Made by a program: the position numbers and the translations under genes. Shown here one piece after another: positions 60,674 through 64,000 of a DNA stretch of 64,000 bases. Under the pieces are notes generated by a model. The model made no database searches, was not told where the DNA came from, and saw nothing but the letters and a program-made list of their open reading frames with translations. Position 1 is the stretch's first letter; each line of letters starts with the position of its first letter. Source of the stretch: Chiloscyllium plagiosum (taxonomy: Eukaryota); NCBI RefSeq assembly GCF_004010195.1, contig NC_057757.1, forward strand, positions 5,754,532 through 5,818,531, in the 5' to 3' direction.

Positions 60674-62849
60674 AAAACAAAAAAAAGCCTGGAGGTTTGG
60701 AGGACTGGAGAAGATTACGTGACAGGGAGGGTGTGAGGCCATGAAAGAATTTGAAAGCAAGAAGGAAAATTTTCAGAATGTTTGACACTAGCTTCTCATC
60801 ACCAATAAGCATTTCATGGGTGAAGCAGATTTGGCCCAGGCTGCGATGCAGATCGCTATGTTAGTGTATAATGTTTTACCTTCACCCATTACCTGTACGT
60901 GACTAAAACAATGTGTATCATTGTTCCAGCCATAATTTGTCTCGCCTGTTCACCATTTCTCCACGAAATTCTATCTGGCTCCCTTCCTTTCTGATTGGTA
61001 TTTGTATGTATGTCTGCCTGGCACCTTCCAACTCCAATGTTGGAACTGCGTTCAGGAGAGCATCTCGTTCATTTCCTCCATTGCTGACTTTGTTGAGCAT
61101 TGTCAGCATTTTGTTTCTGTAATTTTCCCAGTGTCGACAGTAATTTAAAAAAAAAATAATTTGTTTGAAGTTCCACCCACAGGCAATGAACAGTTCCTGT
61201 TTATGGTGAACACACTTTCAAGCATATGCAATCCTCATTGAAATCCCTCTAGAATTTGTCCCTATTGAGGTGGGTTACAAGCCCCTCCTCTGAACTACTA
61301 CATCGGAGATTACTCTCATTCCCCCCAAATGGGTTAATAAGTTGTCGAGGCGCTGATGGCTTTTGGAACAAGTGGTTTTGTATCAGCCCCCTAAGGCCTT
61401 CCTTGAAATAAAATGAGTGGTTGCATTCTCTATTAATAGCCAACAGTTGGACATTACTTTCAGAAAGGGTCTGGCTGAGGCCCACAAATATGCTTGGTAT
61501 TTTCTGCATGTTGCTTGCTCATTGACGTAATGCTGTGATTTAATTGTCATGTTTGGGTTTCTGTTGGCCTGCTACTCAAATGTGAAACAGTGTCTGTTCT
61601 CCCATCAAGTCTTTCAGCCTCCCTTTTCATTTAAATTTCTGCTCTTTTCGTTGTCACTCATGGGAGTTTGGGGGCTATATATAGTGGTGTGCTGACTTGA
61701 ATGTGTGAAAAGGCTTCGGATGTTTCACTTACCCAGCCTAAAATTGGCTCATTTGTGCCTCACGTGAAGGAATTGGAAATGTTTTGAATTTGCAGCCTAA
61801 TTAAGTTGCAATTTTTTTTTTCCCACCGCAATGAAGATATTCTAAAGTTGTCTCAAATGCTCCCATGACTGTTGCAACAGCTCCAATGCAGAATCTTTTA
61901 CGTCATCCCTACTTTGCTGTTTTTAACCTTCATTCTTGAGAGTATCTATGGCTGAACAAGTTTTGGGCTGAATATTTTGTGTGCGTTTGCTTTGTGGCCT
62001 CTGTTGCAGTGCATCCTTCTCCGCCCCTGGAAGATGGGGATGGTTTTCTGCAAATTCAGCTGAAAACGGGAAAAACAGGTGAATTAGTGTTTAAGTACAC
62101 CGACAGATGGTTTCCTGCTGTGCCTTGGCATTCGCTTTCAGCTCCCCTCCCAGCCCACCTCAAAAAAAAACTCGCGCAGGATGCTCGCAACAGTACTTCA
62201 ACCCTCTTGGTTGTTCTCAGTCAGATTTCAACAAAGGAGGTTAATTCTGCAGGAGGTTCAATTCCAGATCTGTTGAAATTCCATTCTATCTGGAGAGCGT
62301 TTGTTTGAGGTTGCAGGTGAAATGCTGATGGCTGTAGGTCTGTTGCACGGCGGTGCACAGCATTGGGTTCAAACTGCACAATAGGTGAGGAACAAGCTCC
62401 AAAACTTCACTTCAACATCACTTCCCCTGGGGCTGTGCGACTCCACCCAGTTCAGATGCTTTCGTTTTATGAGCGGTGTTCCTCTCGCTTAATGTAAATT
62501 TATATCAAAGTGCTCCCTTTTTTTTCCTTATGGTTGAAAAAGGAATCGAAAAATAGCCGTTTTATTTCTGGATTCACACTTTCGACTGAGTGCAAGATGG
62601 TCTGTACGTCGGGAGGAAGAGTGTGTGTGTGAGAGAGTAACTGTGTCATATGTAAACACTTCCTGTGCTGATCAATTAGCTTACAATTCCTGTTGTAAAA
62701 GTCAGCCGGGACCGTTGCAGAGGGAGCAGCTGTTCTGCTGAAGCAGCCTGTTGATTCAGTCCAGATCTGGGTTTCGTTTTTTGTCGAAAGGGAGCGGCTG
62801 TTTTTAAGTGTCTTTTTAAAAAGTAGGAAGTGGACCATACTACTTAGGG

Positions 62850-63415
62850 TGGTGCCCGTCAGCTCCTTGATAGCTGTACCTCCTGTTAGCCCTGGCTCCA
62901 CGGGTCGCAGGCTCTCTTCTGGGTCACTGGTTTGTGGCATCGAGTCCCAGTCCAAATCCACATTCCTACTGAGGGTGTTGCATTGTCGGAAGTGCTATTT
63001 CTGGGTGAAATTTCAAATTGTAGCCCCATATGTACCTTTTGAGTGGAGTTCAAAAGGTCCCTGGCAGTGCTGGTAGAAGAAGCATTTGGTGTAAATTCTG
63101 TTGTAGTTCAGATACAATGTGTTCAGGTCATGGACATAAACTGGTGATTCACATGAGCTTCTGTGAATGGGAATTGACTAAAACCTGATTAAACGTTTGG
63201 AGATGCATGTTTGCAATCTGTATTTCTGTCAATAAAGGCTGATGAGATTTGGGTACACTTTCACCCCAGCTTTCTGGAATAAAATTCTGGAACAACTTCC
63301 CATGTGCAAGTTAGCTGCTGCATTTCCTATGTTATAACAGAAACACACTTCATTGGCTACGAAGTGCTTTAAGGTGTCTTGAGATGATGTAAGATGCCAC
63401 AGAAATGAAAGCTTT
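62850..63415 (+). mobile_element. Ancient DeuSINE-like element (SacSINE1/AmnSINE1-like), diverged
   Basis: tactgagggtgttgcattgtcggaagtgctattt... and tail gctgctgcatttcctatg..cattggct..aagtgcttt..aaatgaaagcttt resemble the recalled Deu domain and tail. Similar remnants near 11330-11620, 17440-17640 and 47540-47760. Confidence 0.5.
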
Positions 63416-63572
63416 CACTGGTTAACGTAAAGCTCTGCTGCTGTGAGTTCGGCGTCCCTTCTTGTGCTCGGACGGGTGCTAATCTGCATTTTTCTTTTGG
63501 TTTCCTGTTCTTGACAGGTTTCTGATTGGCCGAGTCGAAGTGGGCTAGAGGTGTTAGCTTTGACCGGAGACC

Positions 63573-63629
63573 ATGAGTGAGCTCGAGCAGTTGCGCCAAG
63601 AGGCAGAGCAGCTACGGAGCCAAATACGG
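63573..63629 (+). CDS. GNB2: G protein beta subunit, first coding exon (MSELEQLRQEAEQLRSQIR); the exon including 5'UTR starts at 63518
   Basis: Polypyrimidine tract plus ttgacag acceptor ending at 63517, ACCATG start context, 57 coding nt, then donor gtgagc, which is the conserved GNB exon break. E5/R15/R19 fit GNB2 better than GNB1 (D5, K15) or GNB4 (Q19). The paralog call rests on 19 residues plus PLOD3 linkage. Confidence 0.85.
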
Positions 63630-64000
63630 GTGAGCAAACCAAGAATATAAAGTGTTTTATTGGGAGCTGGCCGAAGCGCTGAGCTGTGAAACCATCATCA
63701 ATTGTTACACCCCTTCGAAAGTCATTTACTTGACTAATGAGAGGGGCTACTGCTTGCACCTTTGCCTTTCCTCCCCCCTCCTGAAGAAGGGAGGGAGTTG
63801 GCAGACGAGGCAGGGAGTGGAATATTAATGGAGAAGTCGGGCAGGCATGTTGGGAACACCTACTGTTGAAGGCAATAGGCACTGAGCAAGCTGCAGGATG
63901 AAAGTGGTATCCCACAGTGTCAGATGTCTTGATTTTAAACCTGCAGTGCCAGAACCTAAATGTTCCCTGGCATTGTCAATCAAGTCTGGAATTAAAGACA

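Overview
Repeat-rich eukaryotic genomic DNA, most likely from a cartilaginous fish. The assignment is inferred from the repeat content (HE1/V-SINE-like SINEs, CR1 LINEs, Penelope-like elements) and from a nicotinic receptor beta chain close to that of Torpedo. Three intron-containing genes are partly present. (1) The last four coding exons of PLOD3, + strand, 367-7599. (2) The last three exons of CHRNB1 plus an 11-nt stub of the preceding exon, - strand, 16668-23741; the gene is cut off by a 500-N scaffold gap. (3) The first coding exon of a G-protein beta subunit, best matching GNB2, + strand, 63573-63629, preceded by about 39 kb of repeat-rich non-coding DNA. The most unusual structures are two unrelated families of fold-back Penelope-like insertions with target-site duplications and a minimal hammerhead-ribozyme core at the fold-back point, two separate 52-bp minisatellite expansions from the same SINE segment, and a 50-bp tandem repeat of X-box/CCAAT-like motifs. 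I found no convincing novel multi-gene system. Gene and repeat names come from recalled family sequences, not database searches, and repeat boundaries are approximate.
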